From: Anaeromyxobacteraceae bacterium
GTDB lineage: Bacteria > Myxococcota > Myxococcia > Myxococcales > Anaeromyxobacteraceae
Length of the DNA: 64,000 nucleotides
Direction of reading: 5' to 3'
NCBI GenBank assembly: GCA_032654565.1
Contig: JAULAX010000010.1
Location: forward strand, 160,001-224,000
The notes beneath the pieces were generated by a model. The model was not told where the DNA came from, ran no database searches, and worked only from the letters and a program-made list of their open reading frames with translations. Of this stretch, positions 9,763 to 19,699 are shown piece by piece. Both the position numbers and the translations under genes were made by a program. Every line of letters starts with the position of its first letter. Position 1 is the first letter of the stretch.

Positions 9763-10206
9763 ATGGCCGACGAGGTCCTCGACCTCATCAAGAAGCGGTT
9801 CTACGAGGCGGCCTTCATCCGCGATCTCGGGATCGAGCTGGTGAGCGTCTCGCCCGGCGAGGTGGTGACGCGCCTCCAGCTGCAGGAGCGGTTCCTGCAA
9901 CAGGACGGCTTCGTGCACGCCGGCGTGGTGGCGACGCTGGCCGACCACAGCGGCGGGGCCTCGGCCTGGACGCTGGTGAAGCCCGAGCAGACGGTGCTCA
10001 CCGTCGAGTTCAAGATCAACCTCCTCAACCCGGCCAGCGGGCCGGCGCTGACCTGCCGGGCCCGGGTGCTGCGGCCGGGGGGGCGGCTCACCACATCCGA
10101 GGTGGACGTCTTCTCCGGGGACGGCTCCCACGCCGCGCGGCTCAACATGACGCTGGCCGTGGTCGACACCGAGCGGCTGCGGAAGGGGGCCCGGGCCGGG
10201 AGTTGA
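9763..10206 (+). CDS. PaaI family (hotdog) thioesterase
   Basis: QQDGFVHAGVVATLADHSGG and TVEFKINLLNPA. Confidence 0.88.
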   Translation: MADEVLDLIKKRFYEAAFIRDLGIELVSVSPGEVVTRLQLQERFLQQDGFVHAGVVATLADHSGGASAWTLVKPEQTVLTVEFKINLLNPASGPALTCRARVLRPGGRLTTSEVDVFSGDGSHAARLNMTLAVVDTERLRKGARAGS

Positions 10207-10436
10207 GGGGCCCCCGAGGGGTCAACGGCGGATCCGGCTTCACCCGCGATCCGCCCGGGGCCCGCCCGGCATCCGGGAGCGACTCCTGTCCCTTATTCAC
10301 GGGAGAGGCTGATCTTCCAGAGGTAAAAGAACGCTCCCACTTGGGGCGTGGAGGCGTCGGTACCCTCCCGGGGCGCTAGGGTGCTGGTTCGCGGCCGGCA
10401 CCGACTCCCTGCGCGGCCGCGCACTGGGGTCACCAC

Positions 10437-13400
10437 ATGCGCTTCGCGACGCGACGCCTCTCCCTGCTCTCGCTGGTCGGGTTGGTCTTCACCGTCGGTG
10501 GTTGCGGCGGAAGCTCCACGCCGGCGCCGGTGGCCACCTATACGGTCAGCGGCCAGGTCACGGGCGACGTCGTCGCCGGCGTCACCGTGACGCTGGATAC
10601 AGGCGCTACGGCCACCACCACCACCACCAGCGCCACCGGGGCCTACGCCTTCACCGGGCTGGCCCCCGGCAGCTACACGGTCACGCCCGCCAAGGCCACC
10701 TACCTCTTCACACCGGCCAGCCGCCCGGTCACCCTCACCATCGCCAACCAGACCGGCCAGGACTTCAGCGCCGCCTTCGCCGGCTACTCCATCAGCGGCC
10801 AGGTGGTGGGCGACACGATGGCCGGCGTCACCGTGACCCTCGGCGGGGACTCCTCCAGGACCACCACCAGCGCGGCCGATGGCACCTACTCGTTGACCGG
10901 GCTCACCAACGGGAGCTACACGGTGACGCCGTCCAAGACCGGCTACACCTTCGGTCCGTCCGTCCGCCCGGTCATCCTGACCGGCGCCAGCCGGATCCAG
11001 CAGGACTTCATCGCCACGGCCAGGACCTACACCATCAGCGGCACCATCGCCGGCGGCGGCGGCATCAGCGTGACGCTGAGCGGCACCTCCGGCGGCATCG
11101 TCACCGCCGCCGCCGACGGGAGCTACGCCTTCTCCGGGCTGGCCAACGGCAGCTACACGGTCACCCCCCTCCATGGCGGTTTCACCATCAACCCGACCAG
11201 CCTCACGGTCACGGTGGCCGAGGCCGACGTCCCGGGCCAGGACTTCATCGCCACGGCGATCCCCTTCACCATCTCCGGCCACATCACCAACGGGGCCGGG
11301 GCCGGCGTCAGCATCGGCGTCGTCCTCACCGGCGGCCCGGCGATCGACTTCGTCTTCTCCGACGCCGCCGGCTACTACGAGTTCACGGCCACCAGCGGCA
11401 CCTTCACGGTCACGCCCTGGGAACCCGGCTTCGTCTCGGTGCCGCTGAGCAGGGTGGTGACGGTGGGCGGCGGCAACCTGCGCAACGTCGACTTCATCGC
11501 CACCGCGGATGCGGGGGCCAACTTCATGATCACCGGCACGGTGGCCGGCGTCGTCCAGGACGGCGTCGACGTGACCATCTCCCGGCTGGGGACCACGCTG
11601 GGCGTCGCGCAGACCTACCGGGAAGGGACCCAGCCCGGCACCTACGTCTTCATGGGGCTCACCGCCGGCACCTACCTGCTGACGCCGTCGAAGCCCGGCT
11701 ACACCTTCGATCCGGCCAGCCGCACCGTGGTGGTGCTGGCCGGCGACGAGGTGGTGGCGCCCTTCACCTCCGCGGCCCGACTCTTCAACGTCCACGGCAA
11801 CGTCGGCGGCGCCACCAGCGTCACCGTCACCCTGGCCGGCGGCGCCGCGCCGTTCACCACCACCACCGATGGCTCCGGGAACTACGCCATCGGCGTCCCC
11901 GTCGGTGCCTACACGGTGACGCCGTCCAAGACCGGCTACACCTTCACGCCGCCCAGCCGCGACGTGACCGTGAGCGTGGGTGTGGGCGACGTGGCGGTCT
12001 CCGGCTTCACCGCCTCGGCCTCGGTCCTCTACGCCATCTCCGGGACGGTGACCGGCCCATGGGTCCAGGGCGTCGCCGTCACCGCCGCCGGCAGCGGGCT
12101 GGCGCCCGTCACCACCGGCCCGACCGGCACCTACCGCCTCGCCGGCCTCCCCAACGAGGCGTTCACCCTGTCGGCGTCGCTGGACGGGTACACCTTCTCG
12201 CCGGCCGCGCCCAGCGTGACCTTGAACGGCGCCGACCGGACGCAGGACTTCGCGGGCACCCCGGCCATCGCCTCCCACAGCATCTCCGGCACCATCAGCG
12301 GCGCCGCCGGTTCGAGCGGGCGCGTCTACGTGGGGGCCATCCCCAGCGGCTGCAACGGGTGCTCGATGCAGGCCAGGACCAGCATCGCCGGGCCGGGCGC
12401 CTACACCCTCCGCGGGCTCCGGGACGGCGCCTACGTGATCACGGCGCGGCGCGACGTGGTCGGCCAGGGGAAGGCGAACGCCTCGGATCCGAGCGGGGTC
12501 ACCGGCGGCCCGGTCACGGTCGCCGGCGCCGACGTCTCCGGCGCCGACGTGGCCCTGGTCACCCCGGCCACCCCGTCGCCGGGCACCCTCGCCCCGCCCA
12601 CGGTCATCGCCGGCAGGAATGGGGTGCTGCTCTTCTGGACCGCCGACAAGGACGGCAACAACCTCGAGAAGGCCACCAGCTACGACGTCTCCTGGGGGAT
12701 CACCGGGTCGGCCAACGACGCGACGGCCAGGGTCGTGGCCCGGGACGACGCCCACTACTTCAGGTCCGGGCTGGTGGACGGGACCCCCACCTGGTTCAAG
12801 GTCCGCTCCGTCGTGGGGGGCGTGAACGGAGCCTGGTCGGTGGCCGCCGCGGGCACGCCCGGGGCGGTGGCGGGCGGGTTCACGGTCTCCGGGACGGTGA
12901 ACTTCACCGAGACGGCGACCGGGCCCCTCTACATCGCCGTCGGCGACCCCAACGCCGGCAGCATGAACGTGGCCGCCTACCCGCTCCCGGTGTCCAGTCC
13001 GGCCGCCTTCAGCGTCAGCGGCGTCCCTGTCGGCGACTGGAGCGTCTACGCCATCCTCGACCAGAACGGGAACGGCGTCATCGACGAGGGCGACCTGAAG
13101 AACGTGGGCGGCGCCGGTACCCCGCTGGTCCAGGTCCGGGGCGACGTCATCGACGTCATCGTCAACCTCTCCGCGGCCAGGGGCCTGGCCAGCACCACCA
13201 CCGAGCACACCAGGAACGAGGCCGGCGACCTCTCCATCTACTCCCTGCAGAGCAACATCAGCGACAACCTGCGCCGGGTGGTGCGGGCGACCGTGGTTGC
13301 GGGCAAGGGCATCGCCGTTCCCGCCGACCTGGGCGGGGACCGGGACCACTTCACCTGGGGCGACCTGGGGACCACCAGGCCGGCGATCTGGGACACCTAC

Positions 13401-13781
13401 ACCTTCGACGTCCTCTACGACGACGGCACCTCCGAGGTCCTCACCTCGTCGGTGAGCGACGTGCTGGACACCTTCGCCCAGGGGCTCACCGCCGATCCGG
13501 GGGCCCCGTACACGCCCGGTCAGCCGAACTTCTCCTGGTCGGCGCCGCTCTCCCCGCCGTGGCGGTACGGCTACAGCCTGGCGCTCCGTGGACCGGGCGC
13601 CTACTGGGGCTACCCGAGCAACGCCTGGATGGTCTCGAGCGCCGTCACCTCGGTCCCCTACAACGCCGACGGCAAGGCCGTGCCCGCAAGTCTCTCCGCC
13701 GGCACCTACACCTGGAGCGTCACCGTCTACGACGCCGCCAAGAACCGGGCCCACCAGGAGAAGGTCTACGTGGTTCCCTGA
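10437..13781 (+). CDS. Large surface lipoprotein with about 7 carboxypeptidase-regulatory-like beta-sandwich repeats, an FN3-like region and a putative Ca-binding loop
   Basis: Lipobox VGGC followed by GGS. Repeats of xTxSG..G...TTT..G.Y..TGL..GSYTVTP.K.GYTF. Loop DQNGNGVIDEGD. Confidence 0.85.
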   Translation: MRFATRRLSLLSLVGLVFTVGGCGGSSTPAPVATYTVSGQVTGDVVAGVTVTLDTGATATTTTTSATGAYAFTGLAPGSYTVTPAKATYLFTPASRPVTLTIANQTGQDFSAAFAGYSISGQVVGDTMAGVTVTLGGDSSRTTTSAADGTYSLTGLTNGSYTVTPSKTGYTFGPSVRPVILTGASRIQQDFIATARTYTISGTIAGGGGISVTLSGTSGGIVTAAADGSYAFSGLANGSYTVTPLHGGFTINPTSLTVTVAEADVPGQDFIATAIPFTISGHITNGAGAGVSIGVVLTGGPAIDFVFSDAAGYYEFTATSGTFTVTPWEPGFVSVPLSRVVTVGGGNLRNVDFIATADAGANFMITGTVAGVVQDGVDVTISRLGTTLGVAQTYREGTQPGTYVFMGLTAGTYLLTPSKPGYTFDPASRTVVVLAGDEVVAPFTSAARLFNVHGNVGGATSVTVTLAGGAAPFTTTTDGSGNYAIGVPVGAYTVTPSKTGYTFTPPSRDVTVSVGVGDVAVSGFTASASVLYAISGTVTGPWVQGVAVTAAGSGLAPVTTGPTGTYRLAGLPNEAFTLSASLDGYTFSPAAPSVTLNGADRTQDFAGTPAIASHSISGTISGAAGSSGRVYVGAIPSGCNGCSMQARTSIAGPGAYTLRGLRDGAYVITARRDVVGQGKANASDPSGVTGGPVTVAGADVSGADVALVTPATPSPGTLAPPTVIAGRNGVLLFWTADKDGNNLEKATSYDVSWGITGSANDATARVVARDDAHYFRSGLVDGTPTWFKVRSVVGGVNGAWSVAAAGTPGAVAGGFTVSGTVNFTETATGPLYIAVGDPNAGSMNVAAYPLPVSSPAAFSVSGVPVGDWSVYAILDQNGNGVIDEGDLKNVGGAGTPLVQVRGDVIDVIVNLSAARGLASTTTEHTRNEAGDLSIYSLQSNISDNLRRVVRATVVAGKGIAVPADLGGDRDHFTWGDLGTTRPAIWDTYTFDVLYDDGTSEVLTSSVSDVLDTFAQGLTADPGAPYTPGQPNFSWSAPLSPPWRYGYSLALRGPGAYWGYPSNAWMVSSAVTSVPYNADGKAVPASLSAGTYTWSVTVYDAAKNRAHQEKVYVVP

Positions 13782-13787
13782 TCGGGC

Positions 13788-13824
<37 letters not shown>

Positions 13825-14012
13825 GGCGCGGGGCCGTGGCTCCAGGCGCCGACCCCGTACCGCGTTCAAGGGGCGGTCAGGACCGCGCAGGTCAACGTCC
13901 TATCTCATCTGGGTCACACGGCTTTAGGTCGGCTCCTCCCACCGGGGCGGCGCTAGGCTGGCGGCCCGCGGTCCGGTCGGACAACCAGAGTTGGCCGCGA
14001 TTGGGGTGGCCC

Positions 14013-16610
14013 ATGCGCTTCTCGACGCGTCTCCTCGCGGTTCTCTCCCTCGGCGGCCTGCTCGGCACGCTCGCGGCCTGCGGCGGTGGCAGCACCACGC
14101 CGCCGCCCCCCGCGACCACCTACTCCATCAGCGGCACCATCAGCGGCGCCGCCAGCGTCACCGTGGCGCTCAGCGGGGCCGCCACCGCGACCACGACCAC
14201 CGACGGGGCGGGCGGCTACACCTTCACCGGGCTGGCCAACGGGGCCTACACGGTCACGCCCTCCAAGGCCGGCTACGCCTTCAGCCCGCTGAGCACGGCC
14301 GTGACCGTGGCCGGCGCCAGCTCGACGGGCAGGAACTTCACGGCCACGGCGGCCGCCACCACCTGGTCGATCCCGGTCGCGGTGACCGGCGCCGTCCAGT
14401 CGGGCGTCACGCTCACGCTCACGCAGGCCGGCACCACCCTGGGGACCGCGATCACCGGCACCGGGGGGCTCTACACCTTCGCCGGGCTGCTCGACGGCAG
14501 CTACACGGTGACGCCCTCCCTGGCCGGCTACACCTTCCTACCCGCCAGCTCCAACGTGACGGTGGCCGGCGCCAACTCCCCGACCCAGACCTTCGCGGCG
14601 ACCGCCATCTCCTACACCGTCTCGGGCCACGTGGGCGGGGCCAGCGCCGTCACCGTCACCGTCACCGGCTCCCCGGCGCCCCCGCCGGCCGTCACCGACG
14701 GCGCCGGCAACTACAGCTTCAGCCTCCCCGGGGGCTCGTACACCATCACCCCGTCGAAGGCCGGGTACGCCTTCACGCCGGCCTCGGCCGCCGTGGTGGT
14801 GGCGGGGGCCAGCGTGACGGTGCCCAACTTCACCGGCGCGGTCTCCTCCACCTTCACCCTCTCCGGCACCGTGACCGGCCCCTGGGTCCAGGGTGTCACC
14901 ATCGCGCTCTCCGGCGCCTCCACCGCCACCACCACCACCGACGTCAACGGCGCCTACACCATCTCCGGCATCCCCAACGACACCGTGACGGTGACCCCGT
15001 CGCTGGACGGCTACACCTTCAGCCCGGCCGCGCCCACCGTGACCATGGCCGGCGCAGCGAAGACGCAGCACTTCACCGCCACCTCCGCCATCCCCTCCCA
15101 CAGCATCTCCGGGACGGTGACCTATGGCGGCGGCAAGCTCGGGCGGGTCGTCGTCTCGGCCTACTGGAGCGGCTGCTCCAACAACTGCTCGCCGCAGGCC
15201 ATCACCAGCTTGGCCGCCCCCGGGGCCTACACCCTCCGCGGGCTCCTCAACGGCACCTACGCGGTCTCGGCGAGGCTCGACAGCGGCGGCCAGGGGGCGC
15301 AGAACGCCTCGGATCCCACCGGGATGTCCGCCGGCTCGGTCAACGTCAACAACGCCGACGTGCCCGGCGTCAACGTGGCGCTCTCCGACCCGATGACCAC
15401 GCCGACGCCGGCCACCCTCGCCGCCCCCAACCTCCTGCCCGGGAACGGCGGCGTGCTGCTCTTCTGGAACGTCGACAAGGACCTGAGCCAGCGGGAGAAG
15501 GCCACCAGCTACGACGTCTCCTTCGGCGCCACCTCGACGGCCGACACCACGGTCGTCAATGTCCCGGCCAGGGACGACGGGGTCTACTTCCGCTCCGGGC
15601 TGGTCACCGGGACCACGTATCATTTCAAGGTTCGCTCCAACGTGGGCGCCACGAATGGAACCTACTCGCCGGTCGCCGCCGGGACCATCGGCCCGGTGGC
15701 GGGCGGGTTCACGGTCTCCGGGACGGTGAGCTTCCCGGTGCCGGCGACCGGCCCCCTCTACCTGGCCATCGGCGACGGCAACACCGGCAACCTGCAGGTC
15801 TCCGCCTACGCCACGCCGCTCACCAGCCCGGTCTCGTTCACGGTCACCGGCCTCCCCGCCGGCACCTGGGGCGTCTACGCCATCCTCGACCAGAACGGGA
15901 ACGGCACCATCGACGACGGTGACCTGAAGAACGTCAACGGCGGCGACGCGCCGATGGTCACGGTCGGCCCCAGCCAGGCCGGCCTCACCGTGGCCCTCAC
16001 CGCGACCAAGGGGTTCGCCACCACCGCCACCGAGCACTCCCTGAACCAGGGCGGCACCAGCCACGGCTACGGCCTCCAGAACACCGTCGCCGGCAACCTG
16101 CAGCGGGTGGTGAAGGCCGCCGTGGTGGCGGGCAAGCACATCGCCGTCCCCGCCGACCTGGGCGGGAGCCGGGAGTTCTACGCCTGGTCGAACCTGGCCT
16201 CCCCGGCGGTGCCGGCCGTCGGTGACGCCTACACCTTCCAGGTCACCTACGCCGACGGCAGCACCGAGCTGCTCACCTCGACGGTGACCGCGGTGCTGAG
16301 CAGCTTCGCCCGGAACCTGGGCGAAGACACCACCACGCTCGGCACGGCGGCCCAGCCCTACTTCACCTGGTCGGCGCCGGCCTCGCCGCCGGCCAACTAT
16401 GGCTACAGCCTGTCGGTCTGGGGGAGCGCCAACTGGTACTACCCGAGGGACGCCTGGATGGTCCCGAGCGGCGTGACCGGGGTCCGCTACAACGTCGACG
16501 GCACCGCCTCGGCCACCAACCTCACCACCGGCACCTACACCTGGAGCGTCACCGTCTACGACGCCGCCAAGAACCGGGCTCGCCAGGAGAAGATCTACAT
16601 CGTCCCGTAG
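14013..16610 (+). CDS. Paralogous surface lipoprotein with about 4 beta-sandwich repeats and the same C-terminal architecture as 10437-13781
   Basis: Lipobox LAAC followed by GGG, the same repeat unit, DQNGNGTIDDGD, and a near-identical C-terminus (GTYTWSVTVYDAAKNRA). Confidence 0.85.
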   Translation: MRFSTRLLAVLSLGGLLGTLAACGGGSTTPPPPATTYSISGTISGAASVTVALSGAATATTTTDGAGGYTFTGLANGAYTVTPSKAGYAFSPLSTAVTVAGASSTGRNFTATAAATTWSIPVAVTGAVQSGVTLTLTQAGTTLGTAITGTGGLYTFAGLLDGSYTVTPSLAGYTFLPASSNVTVAGANSPTQTFAATAISYTVSGHVGGASAVTVTVTGSPAPPPAVTDGAGNYSFSLPGGSYTITPSKAGYAFTPASAAVVVAGASVTVPNFTGAVSSTFTLSGTVTGPWVQGVTIALSGASTATTTTDVNGAYTISGIPNDTVTVTPSLDGYTFSPAAPTVTMAGAAKTQHFTATSAIPSHSISGTVTYGGGKLGRVVVSAYWSGCSNNCSPQAITSLAAPGAYTLRGLLNGTYAVSARLDSGGQGAQNASDPTGMSAGSVNVNNADVPGVNVALSDPMTTPTPATLAAPNLLPGNGGVLLFWNVDKDLSQREKATSYDVSFGATSTADTTVVNVPARDDGVYFRSGLVTGTTYHFKVRSNVGATNGTYSPVAAGTIGPVAGGFTVSGTVSFPVPATGPLYLAIGDGNTGNLQVSAYATPLTSPVSFTVTGLPAGTWGVYAILDQNGNGTIDDGDLKNVNGGDAPMVTVGPSQAGLTVALTATKGFATTATEHSLNQGGTSHGYGLQNTVAGNLQRVVKAAVVAGKHIAVPADLGGSREFYAWSNLASPAVPAVGDAYTFQVTYADGSTELLTSTVTAVLSSFARNLGEDTTTLGTAAQPYFTWSAPASPPANYGYSLSVWGSANWYYPRDAWMVPSGVTGVRYNVDGTASATNLTTGTYTWSVTVYDAAKNRARQEKIYIVP

Positions 16611-16633
16611 CCGGGGCCTCGGCTTCCTGAGTG

Positions 16634-16660
16634 GAGCGGCGGGGCGATCCCCCGCCGTTC
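16634..16660. terminator. GC-rich hairpin between convergent genes (possible terminator)
   Basis: GAGCGGCGGGG-cgatc-CCCCGCCGTTC stem-loop with no strong U tract. Confidence 0.45.
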
Positions 16661-17062
16661 TCACGTCCGGGTCCCGTCGCCCCGGGTCGCCGCTGCCAGC
16701 TGCGCCCGCACCGTCTGGACCAGCCGCTCGACGCCGAACGGCTTCTCCAGCACGGCGTCGGCGTCGCCCGGGGAGGCGCCGCGCCCGGGGAGCAGCCCGG
16801 AGACCAGCACCAGCCGGACCCCGGCCAGCGCCGGCTGCTGGCGGATGCGGGCCAGCAGCTCGGTGCCGGTCAGGCCCGGCATCTGCTGGTCGACGATCAC
16901 CACCGCCGGGACCGGGGCCTCGCCGAGCCGGAGGAGCGCGGCGGTGGCGTCGCGGGCCACCGAGACCTCGAACCCTTCCCCCTCCAGGCACTCGGTGATG
17001 TTCTCGAGGAGCGCGGCGTCGTCGTCGACGACCAGGACATGGGGGCGGAGGGGCACCACCAC
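16661..17062 (-). CDS. Single-domain response regulator (REC); start uncertain
   Basis: VLVVDDD, VIVDQQMPGLTG, LVSG and LEKPF. Confidence 0.85.
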   Translation of the reverse strand: MVVPLRPHVLVVDDDAALLENITECLEGEGFEVSVARDATAALLRLGEAPVPAVVIVDQQMPGLTGTELLARIRQQPALAGVRLVLVSGLLPGRGASPGDADAVLEKPFGVERLVQTVRAQLAAATRGDGTRT

Positions 17063-17113
17063 AGGGTACCTACTGGCGGGCGCCCCCGGGGGCAACCGGT
17101 CCGGGCGCCCGCG

Positions 17114-18346
17114 TCAGCGGCCGTTGACGGCGCCGGGGTCATCTGTGACGCTCGGTGCGTGACGTGGAGGGGGTGCCCCGGCCGCCGGCTCCACCCCGGT
17201 CCGGATCACCTGCTCGGCGCGGCAGGCCTCCTCGAGGCCGGCGTCGCAGGCCTGGCGGATGTACCGGTAGCCCAGGCCGGCGTCGGCGGAGACCCCTTGC
17301 CCGCGGTAGTAGCGGTAGCCGACGTTGGCCAGCACCGAGCGGGCGGCGAGGCGGATGGGCGGGCTGCGGGTCTCGCGGAGGAGCCGGTCGGCGCCGGCCG
17401 CGGCGGCGGCCAGGTCGTCGTGCCCCACCGCCACCACCGCCCGGACCAGCTCCACCTGGTCGAGCTTCACGCCGGCGGCGTCGAGCCGGGCCAGCTCGCG
17501 CTCGGCGGTGGCCACGTCCTCCCGCTCCAGGGCGTCGAGGGCCTGGCGCAGCGACTGCTCGGCGCCGTACCGGGACAGGCCCGGCCGCGGCCAGACCGCG
17601 GCGACCAGCACCGCGCCGGCCACCAGCCCGAAGGGCAGCCAGGCCCCGGGCCGGCGGGGGAAGGGGCGGGTCATGAGCCAGGCGGCGGCGGCGCCGGTGA
17701 GCAGCCCGCCGAAGTGGGCGGCGTGGTCGATGGGGAGGTCGGCCGCCAGCGCCAGCACCGTCCAGACCGCCAGCTGCCCGGCGATGGAGAGCGTCGACGG
17801 GCTTCGCAGGAAGGGGCGCCAGCCCGGCAGCAGGCGGCGGTGGACCACCAGGGTGGCGCCGATCATGCCGAAGAGCGCCCCCGAGGCCCCGGCGCCGACG
17901 GCGTCGTGCGTGGCCATCGAGGCCGCCGAGGCCCCCACCCCGGCCAGCAGGTAGAGGGCGAGGAAGCGACGGTGGCCGAAGACCCGCTCCACCATCCGGC
18001 ACCAGCCGAAGCCGAAGATCGAGTTGGCCAGCAGGTGGACCCAGCCGATGTGGAGGAAGACGGCGGTGAGCAGGCGCCACCACTGCCCGGCGCCGATGAG
18101 CCCTCGCTCCAGGGCTCCGGCGGCGATGAGCGCCTCGCTGCTGGTGGGGTCGTCGAAGTGCCAGGAGAGCAGGGCGAGGACGGCGACGTTGAGGGCCACC
18201 AGGGCGGCCGCCGCCGGGGCCTCGGCCAGGGTGGCCAGCCGGGAGGGGCGGGGTGGTGGGGGAGGGGGCGACGCCGTGACCCCCGGCCATGGCGGGGGCG
18301 TAAACGGCTGCTCTCGTGGGGTTGGCTGGCGAGGCTCCTGCTCCAT
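17114..18346 (-). CDS. Rhomboid family intramembrane serine protease with a C-terminal helical/Sel1-like extension
   Basis: WWRLLTAVFLHIGWVHLLAN, GASGALFG (catalytic Ser), AHFGGLLTG (His). Tail NVGYRYYRGQGV...YIRQACDAG is Sel1-like. Confidence 0.88.
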   Translation of the reverse strand: MEQEPRQPTPREQPFTPPPWPGVTASPPPPPPRPSRLATLAEAPAAAALVALNVAVLALLSWHFDDPTSSEALIAAGALERGLIGAGQWWRLLTAVFLHIGWVHLLANSIFGFGWCRMVERVFGHRRFLALYLLAGVGASAASMATHDAVGAGASGALFGMIGATLVVHRRLLPGWRPFLRSPSTLSIAGQLAVWTVLALAADLPIDHAAHFGGLLTGAAAAWLMTRPFPRRPGAWLPFGLVAGAVLVAAVWPRPGLSRYGAEQSLRQALDALEREDVATAERELARLDAAGVKLDQVELVRAVVAVGHDDLAAAAAGADRLLRETRSPPIRLAARSVLANVGYRYYRGQGVSADAGLGYRYIRQACDAGLEEACRAEQVIRTGVEPAAGAPPPRHAPSVTDDPGAVNGR

Positions 18347-18423
18347 CACTTCACCTTAACGCGGGCGCAGGGCCCGGAAAGGGTATGCAACTCCTGCGTC
18401 ACGAAGTCGCCGGCCGGGCTACC

Positions 18424-19494
18424 ATGGAAATCGTGACCGAGTACATCGTCAACCCGCGGCGCGCGCCGCGGGCACCGTCGCGCTGCGCCGCGCTGGTGCA
18501 CACCCCGGACGCCGCCTGGAGCGCGGAGACCGAGGACATCGGGCCCATGGGCTGCCAGCTGGTGGCGCCGGGCGCGATGGCGCGCGGCCTGCCGCTGACG
18601 TTGGTCTTCGCCAACCCCAAGGTGCAGGGGTCGCTCCAGGTGGACGGCAAGGTGGCCTGGGCCAGCTCGCGGTCGCCGTGGCGCGTCGGGGTGGCCTTCG
18701 GCGACGCGAGCCGGGCACAGGCCGAGCGCTGGATCGCCCAGCTGGTGGCCGCCCACCCCGGCCTGACCGGCTTCCGGCGGGTGCCCGACCGGCTCCCGGT
18801 CGACGCCATGATCTTCCTCGCCCCGCCCCCCACCTACCTCGTCGATTTCACCGCCGAGGAGGTGGAGGTGCTGCGCCACGTGGCCAGCGGGACCACCGTG
18901 TCCTCGCTGCGCCGCCGGCTCTCCAGCAACTGGAGCGCCGCCCAGCGGGCGGTCTTCTCGCTGCTGGCGCGCGGCGCGGTGACCGTCTCCGGGAGCGCAG
19001 CGGTCCACCCGTCGGCCTGGAAGAAGGTGATGGCCGACCTGGAGGTCGACTTCGTGCTCGAGGTGGCGCGGGCGATACGGCCGGAGCCGGTGATCGAGCG
19101 GCGGGCGCGGGGACCGTCGCTCCCCGACGGGCCCATCGACATGGAGCTCGACCCCCGCTTCACGCCCGCCCCCGGCCCCGGCCTGATGACGGTGCCCGCG
19201 GCCCCCGCGGCCCCGGCGGCGAATGGGCGGCCGCCAACGTCGTTCCCCACCCCGGGACCCATGGCCGCGGTCCAGCCGGCCCCTCCTCCCGGCTCCTCGA
19301 CCGCCGGGACCGGCTGGCGCGGCGACGTCCGGCTCCGCTCCCGCGAGGCGCAGGAGTGCTTCGACATCGGCCGGGCCGAGCTGGCGGCCGGCCGGGGGAG
19401 CAGCGCCATGGCCCACCTGCGCCGCGCCCTGCAGCTGGCCCCGGGCGACGCCGAGATCGCCGCCACCATCGGCCGCGCCATGGCTGGCGGGTAG
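18424..19494 (+). CDS. PilZ-domain protein with a C-terminal TPR-like helix pair
   Basis: RRAPR (RxxxR), TEDIGPMGC (D/NxSxxG variant), GKVAW...VGVAF. C-terminal AMAHLRRALQLAPGDAEI. Confidence 0.75.
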   Translation: MEIVTEYIVNPRRAPRAPSRCAALVHTPDAAWSAETEDIGPMGCQLVAPGAMARGLPLTLVFANPKVQGSLQVDGKVAWASSRSPWRVGVAFGDASRAQAERWIAQLVAAHPGLTGFRRVPDRLPVDAMIFLAPPPTYLVDFTAEEVEVLRHVASGTTVSSLRRRLSSNWSAAQRAVFSLLARGAVTVSGSAAVHPSAWKKVMADLEVDFVLEVARAIRPEPVIERRARGPSLPDGPIDMELDPRFTPAPGPGLMTVPAAPAAPAANGRPPTSFPTPGPMAAVQPAPPPGSSTAGTGWRGDVRLRSREAQECFDIGRAELAAGRGSSAMAHLRRALQLAPGDAEIAATIGRAMAGG

Positions 19495-19699
19495 GGCCCG
19501 GCTCGCGACCCCGGTCCTCGCAGGAGCGAGGGGCGGGGGCGTGGAGGGGTCCGCGCGCCGCGCCGCGGGTCCCAGGCGACGTAAATTGTGGACCGGACTG
19601 GTCAAATCCACGATCCGACCGGTCTTGACTGATCCGCCCCGCATTGGTACTCCCGGCGGGCCGCCCTGTTCATCCACTACAACGGAGGGTACGTCCCCG

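Noticed and set aside
19586..19630. GACCGG-A-CTGGTC palindrome and TTGTG upstream of the Nfn fusion as a Rex or FadR-type operator
   Set aside because: It does not fit TTGTGAA-N4-TTCACAA, and short GC-rich imperfect palindromes are expected by chance.
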